64,000 bases of DNA from Ginglymostoma cirratum (GCA_024137785.1 JAHRHZ010000085.1:15420772-15484771), one strand, 5' to 3'; counted from the first letter of the stretch, positions 26,291 to 39,609 are shown. Made by a program: numbers and translations. Notes: a model not told the origin generated them from the letters alone.

Positions 26291-26929
26291 AGCAGTTATT
26301 TATACTCAAGCCTTGTTAGTTAGATGTTTTTTTCAGCACTATTCAGCCCAAAATGGCTCTGTAGTTTGTTGGAAGTGTGAGTAACAGTTAAATTGAGCAG
26401 TGAGCAAAGTAAGAAGTGGGAAGAAACTCACAAATTAGTTAGAGAAAATATTACAGTGAAAGATACCCAAATTCAGACGAATGAAAAAAGGATAAATACT
26501 AAATTTACCTTTCAAAGTTTCAACAATTATGGAATGACAGTCTGCACATTTCATTGGTCTGAACTTGACATCCTTGGCCATGTGGTCATTTGACAGTCAT
26601 TAGCAGTTATCACCCCATCAAAAGGAGTTTTATGCTATTATATACGAGGCTTTAATTCTTATGGTGAGTTTAATGGGAACAATTCATATGCAAAGGCTGC
26701 GATGTCTTCAAACTGACTTGAAAGTTAAAGCTGAGGTGCTGTTTTCAAAAGACAACAACGTAGTGTAAATCATCCAATATCAGGTGTCCATTTGCAGTTC
26801 ATAGAGTATCTCTTTCTAACCACCTGCATGTCAGTGGTACTGGGCATTAATGATCTAACGCAAAATAATAGTCTGCATCAATAATATGTGTTATTAGTAT
26901 TGTTCATCAATGACACTGTTTATTAATAA

Positions 26930-27360
26930 TGGAATGGAGGGTTTGAGTTATAAGGAGAGGCTGGATAGACTTTTTTTGCTGGAGCATAGGAGGTTGAGGG
27001 GTGATTTTACAGAGGTTTATAAAATCATGAATGGGTATAGATAGGATTTCCCCAGGGTAGGGGATTTCAAGACCAGGACACATATTTTTAAGGTGAGGGG
27101 AAAGATTTAAAAAAGACACGAGGGGCAATTTCTTTACACAGAGAGTGGTTCGTGTGTGGAATGAACTGCCAGAGGAACTGGTGGATCTGGGTACAGTTAC
27201 AACATTTAAAAGACATTTAGATAAGTACATGAATAAGAAATGTTTGGAGGGATATGGGCCAAACATAGGCAGGTGGGTCGAGTTTAAATGGGAACGTGGT
27301 CAGGATGGACTAGTTGGAATGAAGGGTCTGTTTCCATGCAGTACGGCTCCATGATTCAAT
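26930..27360 (+). mobile_element. CR1 LINE 3' fragment
   Basis: EGLSYKERLDRL...EVYKIM and VVRVWNELPEE..FKRHLDKYM motifs plus CR1 tail. Confidence 0.85.
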
Positions 27361-28409
27361 GACTTCCATTCCTTGGTCTTAAAGTTCCAGTTCAGCTTCT
27401 TTGAACCACTCTTCATTCAGTTGAACGTGATCGATTTGAGAAATTGTAGCTGAAGTTCCAGCACACAAAAGGGGAGAATGTCTCCAGAGAGAGAGATTGG
27501 AGCAGAAATTCCAAATGATTTGAATCATTATTGCTTTGTTTGCATATGTGTTAATGTTAGTAGTGATAACTGAGCAGAATCATGCAGTTGTATTAAATGT
27601 ACTTCACAGCGCCAACAGCGGGGCTGGAAGTGAATGGCTCTACCACTTGGAGATAGGCTGGTTCGCCACATGGTGACCAGCCCTTTTAGATATTCATGAT
27701 CTAGGGTCTCGGTGAATCACGCAGTGGCTGTGGGGCAAGCAATCAAAGATTGTACTTTTTTCCCCTCAGGCTCAGCAGCCTGGATGCCAGACATCTATTC
27801 CCTCCCTGTAATTAGGCAGCATCAGGCTGGCTGTGAGAAGGGATGTTTTGAAAGAACAGTAGCTATTGCAAAAACTGCTGGCCTGAGCTCTATGGCCCCA
27901 ATCCCCACAAGCGCTGCTGTAACCACCCACTGTTTCGGTGCAGGGATTAAGTAATTCCACTGTTTAGTGATGCCCACCAAACAGTTCTCTCCCAGGCCAT
28001 CCAAGAACGGCAAAACGTCCTGTTTCAAAGTCTGACCAGGCCTGGTCAGAAATCTCGAAAGAGTTGAGCAGCTGTGGGGTCCACAAGCAAATCTCAGTCC
28101 AATGCTTCATCAGATTTTATGGCCTCCTGCTCATCATTACAAATCTTAATGGTGTCCATCACTGTAAATGTGTGAAGTAGTGAAGGATACCACTTTGTGT
28201 TCTGGGCCTCAGCATCAAATGGAGCATGTGGACCAAATGTTTGGGAGTCAATTCATGCTTTGAAAGTCATACTAGTAGCAGGAGAGTGTGTGACATTAGC
28301 TGTCACAGGCCCGCATGCTCCTAATGGAGTTTGCACACCGATATTTATGATCCACCAATTCTTCACCATCTGCTTTCCAGAGAATTAGATAGAACCCAGC
28401 AGGAAGCAG

Positions 28410-28880
28410 AATCATAGAGCCATACAGCACAGGAGCAGACCCTTCAGTCCAACTAGTCCACACCAACTGTTCCCAAACTAAACTAGTCCCACCTGCCTGT
28501 GCTTGGCCCATATCCCTTCAAAACTTTCCTATTTCCTATTCCTATCCAAATGTCTTTTAAATGTTGTACCTGCATCCACCACTTTCTCTGGCAGTTCATT
28601 CCACACATGAACCATTCTCTGTATAAAAAGGTTACTCCCAATGACCTTTTTAAATCTTTCTCCTCTCTCCTTAAAAATATGACCCTAGTTTTGAACTCCC
28701 CCAACCTAGGGAAAAGACGCTTGTCATTCACCTTAACTATGCCCCTCATGAATGTATAAACCTCAATAAGGTCACCCCCTCAACCTCCTGTGCTCCAGTG
28801 AAAAAAGTCCCAGTCTTTCCAGTCTATTTTTATATCCATTCCCAGCAACATCCTGATTTGTTTTTTCTGAATCCTCTCCA
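28410..28880 (-). mobile_element. CR1 LINE 3' fragment
   Basis: Reverse-strand copy of the same family (MRGIVKVNDKRLFPRLGEFKTR). Confidence 0.85.
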
Positions 28881-29232
28881 GAACTCCTCGTTCATTTATA
28901 AAATCCTGAATGTTCCTTTATCCTGAAAAGAGCATAGCTGCAGTATAACTGATGCCACATTGTATGTCATAGAAGATCCTTTACAAGCTCAGATTACTTG
29001 CAGAGGCTTTTCATGGGGCAAGCACGGAGAGTTTAGGCCTGTTGTACTCATGGGGCTCTGACCAATAAAATTACAAATAAACACTCCTCACATGTGGTGA
29101 TCAGTGACCTGTAACACCAGGATAACAACAGTCAAAGAAACAGAACTCTTTTACCGTAGCTGAGGCTGAATGAGTATACTGCGTATCTCTGGTTCTCATA
29201 GTCCACTAGTCACCACATTTATTTAAATGTTT

Positions 29233-29466
29233 GATAACAAAGTGGAGAGCTGGATGAACACAGCACGCCAAGCAGTATCAGAGGAGCAGGAAAGCTAATG
29301 TTTCGCGTCTGGACCCTTCTTCAGAAATGGGCTGAATTTCTGAAGAAGGGTCCAAACCCGAAACGACAGCTTTCCTGCTCTTCTGATGCTGCTTGGCCTG
29401 CTGTGTTCATCCAGCTCTACACCTTGTTATCTCAAATTCTCTAGCATCAGCAGTTCCTACTATTTC
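29233..29466. mobile_element. Palindromic (head-to-head) short Penelope-derived element with two hammerhead-like cores and a 14-bp TSD
   Basis: TSD tatttaaatgtttg at 29220-29233 and 29467-29480. ~95-bp inverted arms meet at ...cccttcttcagaaat-gggctga-atttctgaagaaggg.... Confidence 0.8.
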
Positions 29467-29974
29467 TATTTAAATGTTTGCCTTGTTTTTGATATTACAT
29501 ACTTTATCTCTATTAGATTTAGAATTAAACGATCCATCAACCAGATTTCTTCAACAAATAGCAGAATTGTTTATTAATTTACTGTAAAACAGGACTAATT
29601 CAGCAAATGTGTCAACTGAATTAATATAAAGTTTAAAATGTTAAAGTATAAATATTTATCCATCTAAATAAACCCGCCAATGAATGGACACATACACCAA
29701 GTAAGGGAAAAATATAGCAATTCTCTGCAGAGATAAATGTTGAAATAAAAACACTTTGGCCAATAATTTTTAGTCCTTGAAGGAAAAGTGTTGAATTATG
29801 AAATGTTTAAGATACCTTTCAATAAGCATCATGACATATATCAATGAATATGCAAAATGCATGGCTGTGACTGGGATCTTCAAACACAGTTCATTCAAAG
29901 ATGTCACAAAATGTTATTGAGAATAACCCCTTCAGTGGATTTACATGAGGAAAGCTGGTTGAGGGTTTCAGTTA

Positions 29975-30181
29975 ATACAGTGTGGAACTGGAGGAGCACA
30001 GCAGGTCAGGCAGCATCAGAGGAGCAGGAAAGCCAATGTTTCAGGTTTACACCATTCATCAGGATATAAACCCAAAAGGTCGACTTTTCTGCTCCTTTGA
30101 TGCTGCCTGACCTGCTGTGCTCCTTCAGCCCACACTGTATTGACTCTGACTCCAGCATCTGCAGTTCTTGCTATCTCCGAA
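29975..30181. mobile_element. Palindromic short Penelope-derived element with 11-bp TSD
   Basis: TSD ggtttcagtta at 29964-29974 and 30182-30192. Arms gcacagcaggtcaggcagcatca / tgatgctgcctgacctgctgtgc are inverted. Confidence 0.8.
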
Positions 30182-31804
30182 GGTTTCAGTTATCACACTG
30201 GAAACTCCAAAAGAGGTTTCTCAGAAAGGAAGAGGATGGGCTTGAACAGCTTTTCTCTCTCTCTCTCTATTTCTCAGTAGTATGCACTCCAATGGAGCTC
30301 TAAGCAATACCAAATATAAAGCCATAATCCAGGCATGTGATTTCCAGTAAATAAATCCAAGCAAATTGCTTAAACTATGTGACTTCCGAGAAGTATCTTT
30401 GAAATAAATATCCCAGTGTCCTTATGGGACCCTATTCTAAAAACAATAGTCTATGTATCTCCTGAGCCTTTCAAATGAGCCAAATATCAGAAATGTTAAC
30501 ATTAGAATAAAATCACATGAAATTCACTGAGAAAATAATAGACTTTACTTTGGGTCTTGTTTTTGATGAAATACTGTACATGAGAACATTCATCCCCACT
30601 CCACATATACACAATAATAGTAATGCAAAAATAATAAATAAACGACCCATGTGTTCCATGCATCAAACATTTTAAAAGGGGCACAACCTTCTTTACTCAA
30701 TGTTGAATCCCCTGCAATGTCATATTTATCAGGCATCAATTTTGTAAAGTTTGTATCCACTTTCCATGGTTTGCAGAGGACGTGTTAGAAAGAATAGATT
30801 AGAATCCTTAAACCACTGAGTCTGAATGATCTACATTTCCAAAAAGTAACATCCAATGGGTGTGTGTGTGAAAGTCACTTTTAACATCAAGAGATAGACT
30901 GTGGCCAATAGCACTAATTCTTGCTGACATGAAGTTGTCCTTTTCTGTGTATATCAGCTTGAAGCAATGATAATATACCAGAGACTAATAAATGGTCAGA
31001 GATCCATACAGCAAGGAGCCTGAACCACAGTCAGATTGTCATATGGTAAAGGTTACAGCCAGCTTGCCGCAGTATGAGGCTTGCAACTATCACTCAGTTT
31101 CACAGGGTAAGTAACCCAACCATCAATCAGTGAGTCCCAGGCAAAGATATTATGATCAGTCAGGGTCATAATGAAAGGTCTCACAACTGTCAGATAGGAC
31201 CAACTGTGAATAAGAGGGCTGGACAGTATGCTAAACTATCACTGATTAGACCATTCAACTTCTGCAATGCTGTACTTTCATGAAAAACTTGCTGTTTTAA
31301 TGTTTCATCTCATAGCCATGCAGAGAAGCACTCAAAATAGAAAGGCAATAGGAACAAAATCTCACTAGGTAGGATGGTATTTATGCCAATTATCTGGAAA
31401 TAATGAGGACTTTGAGCTAATCTTTTAAATAAACAGGATCTTATTTGTAAAAGAGAAACCAATTTTCCTGCCACCCTCTCTGTCCAGACCATTGATGTGT
31501 GTTGCCCCTGGCTGTGATGATTTATATTTGTGAAAGGTTATTGTTTTAATCAAGAGACAAAGCCGAAAATACAAATGCAAACCATGGTTTCTGCTGTGAG
31601 GAGTGTAATTTATCAGTGACTGGTTTACATATATATTTGTGCAGTTCGAGGGAATCCACAAAATAACAAAGGAGCTGCGGGATTATCCACAAAGCAAATG
31701 CAAGTTCCGTACAAATAACTGATGGAGGGTCAGAGATAGTTTCTGAGCTGGGGTAACTCTATGTTTATAGAACTGTATTTCTCTTGCACATCATAACAGA
31801 ATGA

Positions 31805-31933
31805 TTACAGTAAGTTCAGCTGCTTGTTGCTTATATACAGTGAGCTGTCTGCAGAATTGAACTCTGTGGTTCCATCAGAGAGCGTCTCTTTCTCTGCCAT
31901 TCCCCTGCCGTGATCTTTATCTGCTTCAGCCAG
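31805..31933 (-). CDS. ano10: ANO10-like putative last coding exon (LAEADKDHG...SNKQLNLL*)
   Basis: Strong acceptor ttttacctctgttttag. Phase 0 matches the preceding donor. 42 codons then TAA. No clear homology, so tentative. Confidence 0.5.
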   Translation of the reverse strand: MAEADKDHGRGMAEKETLSDGTTEFNSADSSLYISNKQLNLL

Positions 31934-32421
31934 CTAAAACAGAGGTAAAATAGCAGTTACATTCCAAGGCTGATGGAAAAATGAGCCCTTTTTGTCTGCC
32001 GAGAATATTCTCTATTCAACCACCGGTGGCTTTAGTGTTGGGGCCCCCGAGCTGTTTGGCTGGAGTTGACTGCTCCCTACAAAATGCATTTTCTGTGGGT
32101 GGTGGATGGGTTTGGTGATGGTTAGCCCCCTGTGGCTAGTTAACCATGGCCAGGCTTGAACTGCTCTACATAATAAAAGGTGTTAGGTAAGGTGCCCACT
32201 TGCCCACATGGTACAAGGTTTAATGAGGCTTTTAAGTGGCCAGTTTCTGCCCTCTTACAGTCCTTGGTCTGCCCTCACTACCATCACATGCTGGGCAGCA
32301 GAGGACAGGCAGAAGTGGAAAGGCTTGCTTTACATCTGTGTTAGTGGAAAGATGGGAGGCCTGGCTAGGACACGTTTTAGAGGATGCCTTGTGTTTGCTT
32401 TGGGAAAAAGTCCTTTGATCA

Positions 32422-32521
32422 GAAACAAAAACAGAAATTGCTGGAGAAACTCAGCAGGTCTGGCACCCATGTGGACAAAAAGCAGAGTTGATGTTTCGGG
32501 TCCAGTGACCCTTCTTCAGAA
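32422..32521 (-). mobile_element. Short Penelope-derived element with hammerhead-like motif
   Basis: Reverse complement reads gtt-ctgaaga-a-gggtc-actg-gaccc-gaaa-catc-aactc (the CG of the palindrome has decayed to CA). Confidence 0.7.
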
Positions 32522-33947
32522 CAAGCCCCTTCAAGCCTATCCCTGTCTTATGCCTCATTGCCCAGTATCAGAGGCCTGCTCCCTCACAATCCCTACTTCC
32601 ATGGGGTGCCCGATTCCTTCCCAGACAAAAAGGCTCAACACCTACCTATCCCTGGCATCTATGGTACCTCTTTACAGGGTAGCCCACAGTCCCAGCAACA
32701 GCCTCTAAAGGGTCTAGTGTTGCTGGGTCTACAAAAACTCTTCAGGTTGTACCATCCTTGTACTGAGGGGTGGGGGCAGTGGGGTCGATGTCCCACTCTC
32801 AGCTTGTTAAGGCTGTCCCTGGCATTTTATCATTTTGAGGCAGCCTTTTTTAAAGTCAGTTAGTGTCGACCAACATTTCTCCTTAGGAGGGACAAATAGC
32901 TCCACATGCCCCTGTTAAAAACAGCTTCTGGAATTCTTTCCTGAGAATTTCCCGTCCCTAATTCACTCTTCCCCCTACAAGATGCTTGTCTAAAGATACT
33001 TACTTGACAAAAACCTATCTTTACCTTCCGCCTTTTCGGCTTGGCATCAATATTTGATTGACTACACTCTTAGGGTGACCTCATGAGCTTTACTGCATTA
33101 GAAGTGCTACACAAGAACGAGAGGTCAACCATTACGACTGACGGTTTATTCACTCAAAGAGTTGTCAATCTTTGGAATTCTCCACTCAAAAACCTGAAGA
33201 TGCGCATGATTAAGCATATTTGTAACAGCACACAGAAAACAGCATGTGCAGGCTATTCAGGCCATTGAATCCACTCGGCATTCAATAAGATCATGACTGA
33301 TCTTTTATTTTGGAAAAGACAGCATTCATTTAGGGTGAGAGATTTCCAGGTACCAAGGGAATTAGGGTATAAGCTAGAAGCTCATCCATGATCTTATTGA
33401 GCAGTGGAGCAGGCTCGAAGGCTGTCGTGGCCCCCTCCAACTTCTATTTCATATGGTCTTACATAAATGCAAGTTGTTGTTGTATGATGAGAAATCTGTT
33501 CGTATATCGTACGTGGATCACAGGGAGGTCTGAGCTGGAAATCACTCTACAACAGCTGACAGGAGTTGTACTTGTTTTGGGGAGACATGTTTATCTACCT
33601 TCGAGCTCAGTGTACAATTTGATCTGAAGCATCAGTGTGGAAACTATAGTAACTGGTGACAGGATCATCTGCTAACACAGGGTTGTGAGGCTGCAACCGA
33701 CTTCTTTGGTTCTGATTTGCTTCTGGGTTTCTCACAGATTACATTGCACAGAAACAGGCAATTCAGCCCACTCATCCATGCTAGCATGATCATTCTACAC
33801 ATGAGCATCCTCTGACTCTATTTGTCTATGATCCTCAGTGCTGTGGAACACCTTAAGACATTTTTTTCTCCACTGTGTACTCTATCGATGCAGGTTGTTA
33901 GAAGAGATGTTTTAATTCTTTGATACTTTAGTTAATTCGTACTTTAC

Positions 33948-34064
33948 CTTGTGCTTGAGGGCTTGGAGTGACTGATATTCAACTCTCTCAATCCTCAGCT
34001 TCACCCACTGAGGAACATCAGGAATAATGAAAGCTAAAATGATCTTTATGGTCAACAAGGCATG
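33948..34064 (-). CDS. ano10: ANO10-like coding exon 11 (HALLTIKIILAFIIPDVPQWVKLRIERVEYQSLQALKHK)
   Basis: 117 nt with ag|...|gtaaag boundaries. Homologous to the TMEM16K TM10 / IPD region. Confidence 0.93.
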
Positions 34065-34479
34065 CTGAAACACAGAAATAATGGAAGAGTCAGCTGTGGA
34101 ACTGTGGAAGAATTCATGAGTCACTTAAACAGGCAGCAAGAACAAACTGGTCTATGTTTCAAGTGTATAACACAGCAACGTGTTCAACATGGGGGTTTTT
34201 ATTGAAGTGAAGCTTAAGATGCCACTCTAGAAGGCATATGTATCATGGGAGAAGTCACATGACTATGGCAGCATCAGAGAGATATTTGCCTGTGATTGCA
34301 CAGCAAACCAAACATCCCCATCTTTATACAAAGAAAGAAAAAGAATAGCGTGCATTATCATGTATGTTCTGAGTTACCCAAGCTGGCAACTATATGCACT
34401 ACCGTTCTCATGCCTTATCTGTTCATTACTTCCATTGGTCGCTGCATACACGTAACACACATGGTGCTTAAATTATGCT

Positions 34480-35330
34480 GGATTCTTAAAGGTACATCTT
34501 GCACTGTTGTTGTTTGTCTGAGCGATGCTGTGTTCCCAGGGAGTGAAATTCCTGTGATTTTGTTGTTGTTATGGTGGTCAGTGTACCTCTATTTCTGTTG
34601 GTTGGGTTGCTGCGAACTCCTGGGTCTCCTGGCTGATGTGCATTCTCCCTGGCCGGTGTGTTCACCTCTTCCTGATCAGCTCTCCGCGTGTGAAGAACAA
34701 CTCCTTCAGCTCTCATTCCCAAAGTCACAAACCACATCTCACCTATCAACATGACTGAACCAAGCTGGTGTACAGTGATTTATCAGACTCTTCAGTCACT
34801 AGCTCTCCAGTGGCCATCTGTATATGTTTTTTATGTTTCTTTGTAGCCATGCTGGACATTCCTCATGATGTCTTTTACAAGATTTGCATCCTGCTCTTTG
34901 TCTATGATTATTTTGCCCTGTGTGTCTGGAAGTTCTGTCAGAATAATGCAGGACCTGGTCTATTCGACCATGAATATGTTCTACGTATTGATTCACAACC
35001 TCAGCACTTCTGCTTAAATCAATCACTATCTGAAGTGGATGCTTGTCTTCACTCAATAGACATAATTTTGCTTTTGGATCCCTTATTCTAATATAATCCT
35101 GTCTTTAATTAGCTCATCACTTAATGACAAAAATTCAGAGGTTTCTGCAAGCTGAGTTTATGAGGTGGCATATTGATCAATTGATTCTTTTCATTTTGTT
35201 CCCCGGTTGCATATGTGCTGTTTATACAAAATGTTAACTTAGGCCTCAATGCAGAATTTCTAAGCTTTTAAAATTTTTGCTGTATTCTTTATGTTCTTCA
35301 AAGAGAATTAGGGTGGACTACCTTTTGAAA
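34480..35330 (-). mobile_element. Internally deleted Ty3/Gypsy LTR-retrotransposon remnant (gag plus pol tail)
   Basis: Minus-strand ESIDQYATS*TQLAETSEFLSLSDELIKDRII...IDLSRSAE and CKSCKRHHEECPA (knuckle-like) resemble Gypsy gag. Contains stops and frameshifts. Confidence 0.65.
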
Positions 35331-35837
35331 TAGCCTCTTCCCAGCAGTGACAGAAATGTAGCAACTTGCACTTGTTCTGGTTTGCTCAACAAACTAGGCA
35401 GACTAGAAGGAACATTTGTATACGACTGCATTTCAATCCAAGCAATCTATGTGGTTGGATATCGAGAATGAAGCTACTGCAAGTAGACAAACAGATTCAC
35501 AGCACCTATCAGAAACATCAATGGTCCTGCTGTCGATTTCCAGCTATTTCTGTTTCTACAGCTAGTTTATTGAGTGCGGAACAGATAACCTTTATGCTCA
35601 TCAAAGGACCTCAACTACAAAAATAGCTAGAGGGATATGGGCTTTTTATCCAAATGACATGTGCCTGACATTTCTGTGATCACAAGATAACCAACCTCCT
35701 GGTCCCTCCTGACAGCATGTGTTTGTCTTCAGATATTGGAGATTCAGTGTTCTTTTCATCGGTCAAAAGGACTTTGAAGCTTACATAAAGGCATAGTCAT
35801 ATTCAGAACATAGACATGTACAATAACTAACTACAAC

Positions 35838-35839
<2 letters not shown>

Positions 35840-35872
<33 letters not shown>
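35840..35872 (+). repeat. (GT)16 microsatellite
   Basis: Perfect gt dinucleotide run at 35841-35872. Confidence 0.97.
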
Positions 35873-35873
<1 letters not shown>

Positions 35874-37911
35874 GGCAGGAACAGCTATGGAGAAAACACA
35901 TCAACCAAGGATCCTGAGGAGTAGATAATGAACGAAAGGAATGGGAATACTGTTATTTCTCTCCATGGATCTAAATTTCACTCCATCCCAGACGAACGGT
36001 TAAAAGTTTCTTCTTTGTCCAACTGCAAGGGTCCTGTGCAAGAGAAATGTGAGTTGTCTACTTCCTGTTCATTATTAGGACAAGCAGAATGTCCAAAATT
36101 GCTCAGAATTTGGCATGAGCTGACAAGTTATTGGCAGCTGAGAGGCTTTAACTTGTCTGAAATGTCAAACAGAGGCTGCTACCTTATTGGGAGCAGAGTA
36201 TGGGATGTTTTACTCTGTGCCCTGCCGTGATATGATCACATGGAATATACCTGGCCTTCTAATGAGTGTCCAACATGGAAGAGTATTCCCATTCTCCAAC
36301 ACTAGTCCCTCAACTCAATGTAGATAGTAGAGAATAAATGGTAAAACAATACAGATTAGCATGGTAGGTATAGATGTGAGATGCAGGCATTATTAGTCAG
36401 CTTCTCAACATCAGACAGGCAAACAATTCCAAAACTCTGAAGTCAGTCTTAAACCCAGTCTTACTGCAAGGAGAGACTATCTTCAGGCTTCCTGGTGCTT
36501 CAGCACTGTGATTGTCTAACTTGTCACTGAGCAGAAGGGAGAGAGAAGACCCTATTATGTCTCTTAGCCGTGTCTGGGTGCTTGCTATTGCATTTCTCTC
36601 TGCTGAAACAGAATTGTGTCCGGCCCTGTTACTTTGCACCACACTGAGGATGGGAAGTGGGTCTTCAGGAGCTCACACTTAGGATCAGCAGAACACAGGG
36701 TCCTTAGCTTTCACTTTGCCAATATACAACTACTTGGTTCTTTTTGGTATGACACACCGCACTAAAATTCCAAAAGGCTTGACTCTAGAAGTTTGTGAGT
36801 TTATTCTTTTCACATTTTGTTCATGGTAAGGGCATCAAAGGCATATGTTCCACTCCCAGAGTCTGGTTCTTTTAAAGAGTTTGATGATCTCATTTGTTTT
36901 CTATTGCCAAGATTGTTACACATCTAGAAGGTAATCAAACCAAGTCGACAAGCCACTTGTTACAGAACCCACTTATTACAGACATTCAGTCTGCTCGTAT
37001 CAATGAAGTCAGAATTGGTGGGTTCTAAAGAGAGCGAGTGATCTGCGAGTGATCTGCTCTACCAGATCACTCCCCAGGTGGTAAGGACAAACATCTCCCC
37101 GGTGTTGTTGGTACTGTGAAAGGCATGTGTTAGACTGAAATAAAGAATAAATGTATGTAGTACCCATCACTGCATGTGTCCTGGATGGATTCCTAGATTG
37201 GGCAAATAGTGCTGAACATTTTCAATTCCAGTGGGTATCGGTGAATGAGACACTGTTCATAATGTAGGCCAAAAATATCAGGCTGTTTAAGCATCTGTCG
37301 GCATCCTGTTAAAGTGACTTGGCTCAGGAAGCCCTGCCTGCTTTGGTCACCTGCTCTGTCCCACACCCTGTGCCATTGCTATGGCTGGCAGATCTTTACT
37401 GCTGCCTCGCTGAGCTCCTTGTCATTGTGGATAGTGACCTGAGAGGCTTTGTCCCTGCCTCACCGCACCTGCCAGCCTCAGGATTTTAGCCTTCAGATAC
37501 CTGAAGATGGGCGCAAAGGGTAACTTTTCAATTCAGTTTGGACGGCAAGTGTAGGTATTTCCCTTTGGAAAATTTATCTGAATTTTTTTGCTCCAAAGTA
37601 ATTTACTTTTAAATGTTTTGGTTATATCAATCTCTGTATTGTGGGCAAATCATGTTTACACCAATGCACCCACTATAGGCATTGGAGACTAGATGCCATC
37701 GTCAAATTCCCTTTAAATGCCAATTGTTGAACCAATGAGAATATTGGAATGATATTTTTGAAAATACATTCCAATTTGTACTCTATCACATTCAAAATCA
37801 TTATACTCCTCTCCCTGCTGTAACTGATGTTGATTTCAGCCTGTACCTATTGTAATTCATCATTGTATCTTGCAAGACAGAGAAGAATAAACACTAAGGA
37901 CATTCACTTAC

Positions 37912-38049
37912 CTCAATGCCAACAGTCCAGATCAACGCATTCTTGGATGTTATATTATTTTCTGCACAATACTGTTCTACTTGAGGGGAAATGCTAATTA
38001 GAAAACAGTTGGTGATGACTGACAAGAATCCTATCATCTCAAATGCAGT
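37912..38049 (-). CDS. ano10: ANO10-like coding exon 10 (TAFEMIGFLSVITNCFLISISPQV...TVGIE)
   Basis: 138 nt, tttcacag| and |gtaagt. Matches TMEM16K [24 protein letters not shown]. Confidence 0.93.
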
Positions 38050-38489
38050 CTGTGAAACAGAGCAGATAATGAGAGAGACATGGCATTATGAATAAAAAAA
38101 AGTTGATGCAAATTTTGGATGCGCCGGCCACAAAATATGAGGCAAGGACATGCTCCTTGGTTGTTAAAACAAAATAGGTAAACTTTAGGAAAAAAACACA
38201 ATGATATTAGCTTGCTGTTCAGTGTCTTTTATCTTCTGGCTGTCAATTACTTGGATAGACCGCTTTAACCAAGCTTAAATATTACCACTAACAGAGAGGT
38301 GAATTTAATTCCTAACTTGCAGCTGCAGCACTGAAACACTGGAGACTGAAAGCCAGTTGGAGAGAAATGATTTGTTTGGAAACAGACTGGAACCCCACTT
38401 GAGCTCATTTGAAAGCATTCCACTCCACTGTCCTAATGTAGCCAAAAAAATACCTCTGATATCAATTTTACATACGACCAAGGAACAAC

Positions 38490-39035
38490 AGTAGGCTACT
38501 TAACCTCTCAAACCTGTTCTGCTTTTCAATCAGATTGTGACTGATAGGATTTAACCTCAACTCTACATTCCTGCATATCCCCAATTAATCTTTAATCCCC
38601 TTGGTCATCAGGAATCAATCTACCTCCGCCTTAAAAATATTTAAAGATTCTGCGTTCCCTTTTCAGGAAGGGAATTCCAAAGATTCACAGCCCCCTGAGA
38701 GAAAAACTGTTTCCTCAACTCCATTTAAATGGGCATTCCCTAGTATATAAACTCTGACCCCTAGTTCTAGATTATCCCACAAGAGGAAGCATCTTTTCCG
38801 TGACCACCAGGTCAAGTCCCCTCAGGATCTTTTCAATTAAGTCACCTCTAACTCTTCTAAACTCCAGATGGTACAGGCCTAGACAGTCCAGCTTTGCCAC
38901 AGAAGACAATTAATGCATTCCTGGTAATAGCCTAATTTTTTAACAGATGTATTAACATACTTCTCTAAGTATGGTGACCAGTACTGCACAAAGTGCTCCA
39001 GACGCGGTTTCACCAATGCCCTGTTTAACTAAAGT
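38490..39035 (-). mobile_element. CR1 LINE 3' fragment (older)
   Basis: cttctaaactccag, ggaattccaaagattcacagccccctgagagaaaa and cagtactgcacaaagtgctccag are CR1 minus-strand hallmarks. Confidence 0.65.
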
Positions 39036-39039
39036 GAAA

Positions 39040-39266
39040 TAGCTCCACAGGGGCCGGTCTCCCGTCATTAAATCACTCTTTATTTTCACATGGAGATTCC
39101 TCGACTCTGATCTAGCTCCCTCAGAGCCAGCTCTCAGTGAACAGGATGTCTGGCACTCTTGTTCTTATGTGTCAGCCAGGGCTCTCTGATTGGACAGGAT
39201 TAACAGCCCCAATCAGGGAACTCTTTTCTATTAGGTCCACCTAGCTGAGCTCATTACAATCACTGT
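39040..39266 (-). mobile_element. Probable solo LTR (Gypsy-type)
   Basis: Compact segment with paired CCAAT/ATTGG boxes and a minus-strand AATAAA (tttatt ~39079). Resembles a recalled shark LTR family. Not verified. Confidence 0.45.
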
Positions 39267-39609
39267 ATAAAGTATACCTATTCTTACATTTAATATTCTC
39301 CTCACAATTAAACATAGCATCAAGGGGCTCTATTCCCACTCTCTATTTTCTAAGAATGTATAGAAGAAGAAAAGGCCAGAAATTGACCTGTTTATACACC
39401 ACCATGTTAAGGCTGTCCTCAAATCTTCTTCAGAAGCAGATTTACTCCATGCTGTTTATGATGTAAATCATATGTTCATTCTACCAATTGCCTGTTGACT
39501 CCTTATTGGCAAGAAAGTTGGAAAAGCATCCAAACAAATAGCAAGGAGTCAGCAAGGGCTAACTAGCGATCTGCTACACTTCTGTCTTTAGGTATTTGCC
39601 TTCACCCAG

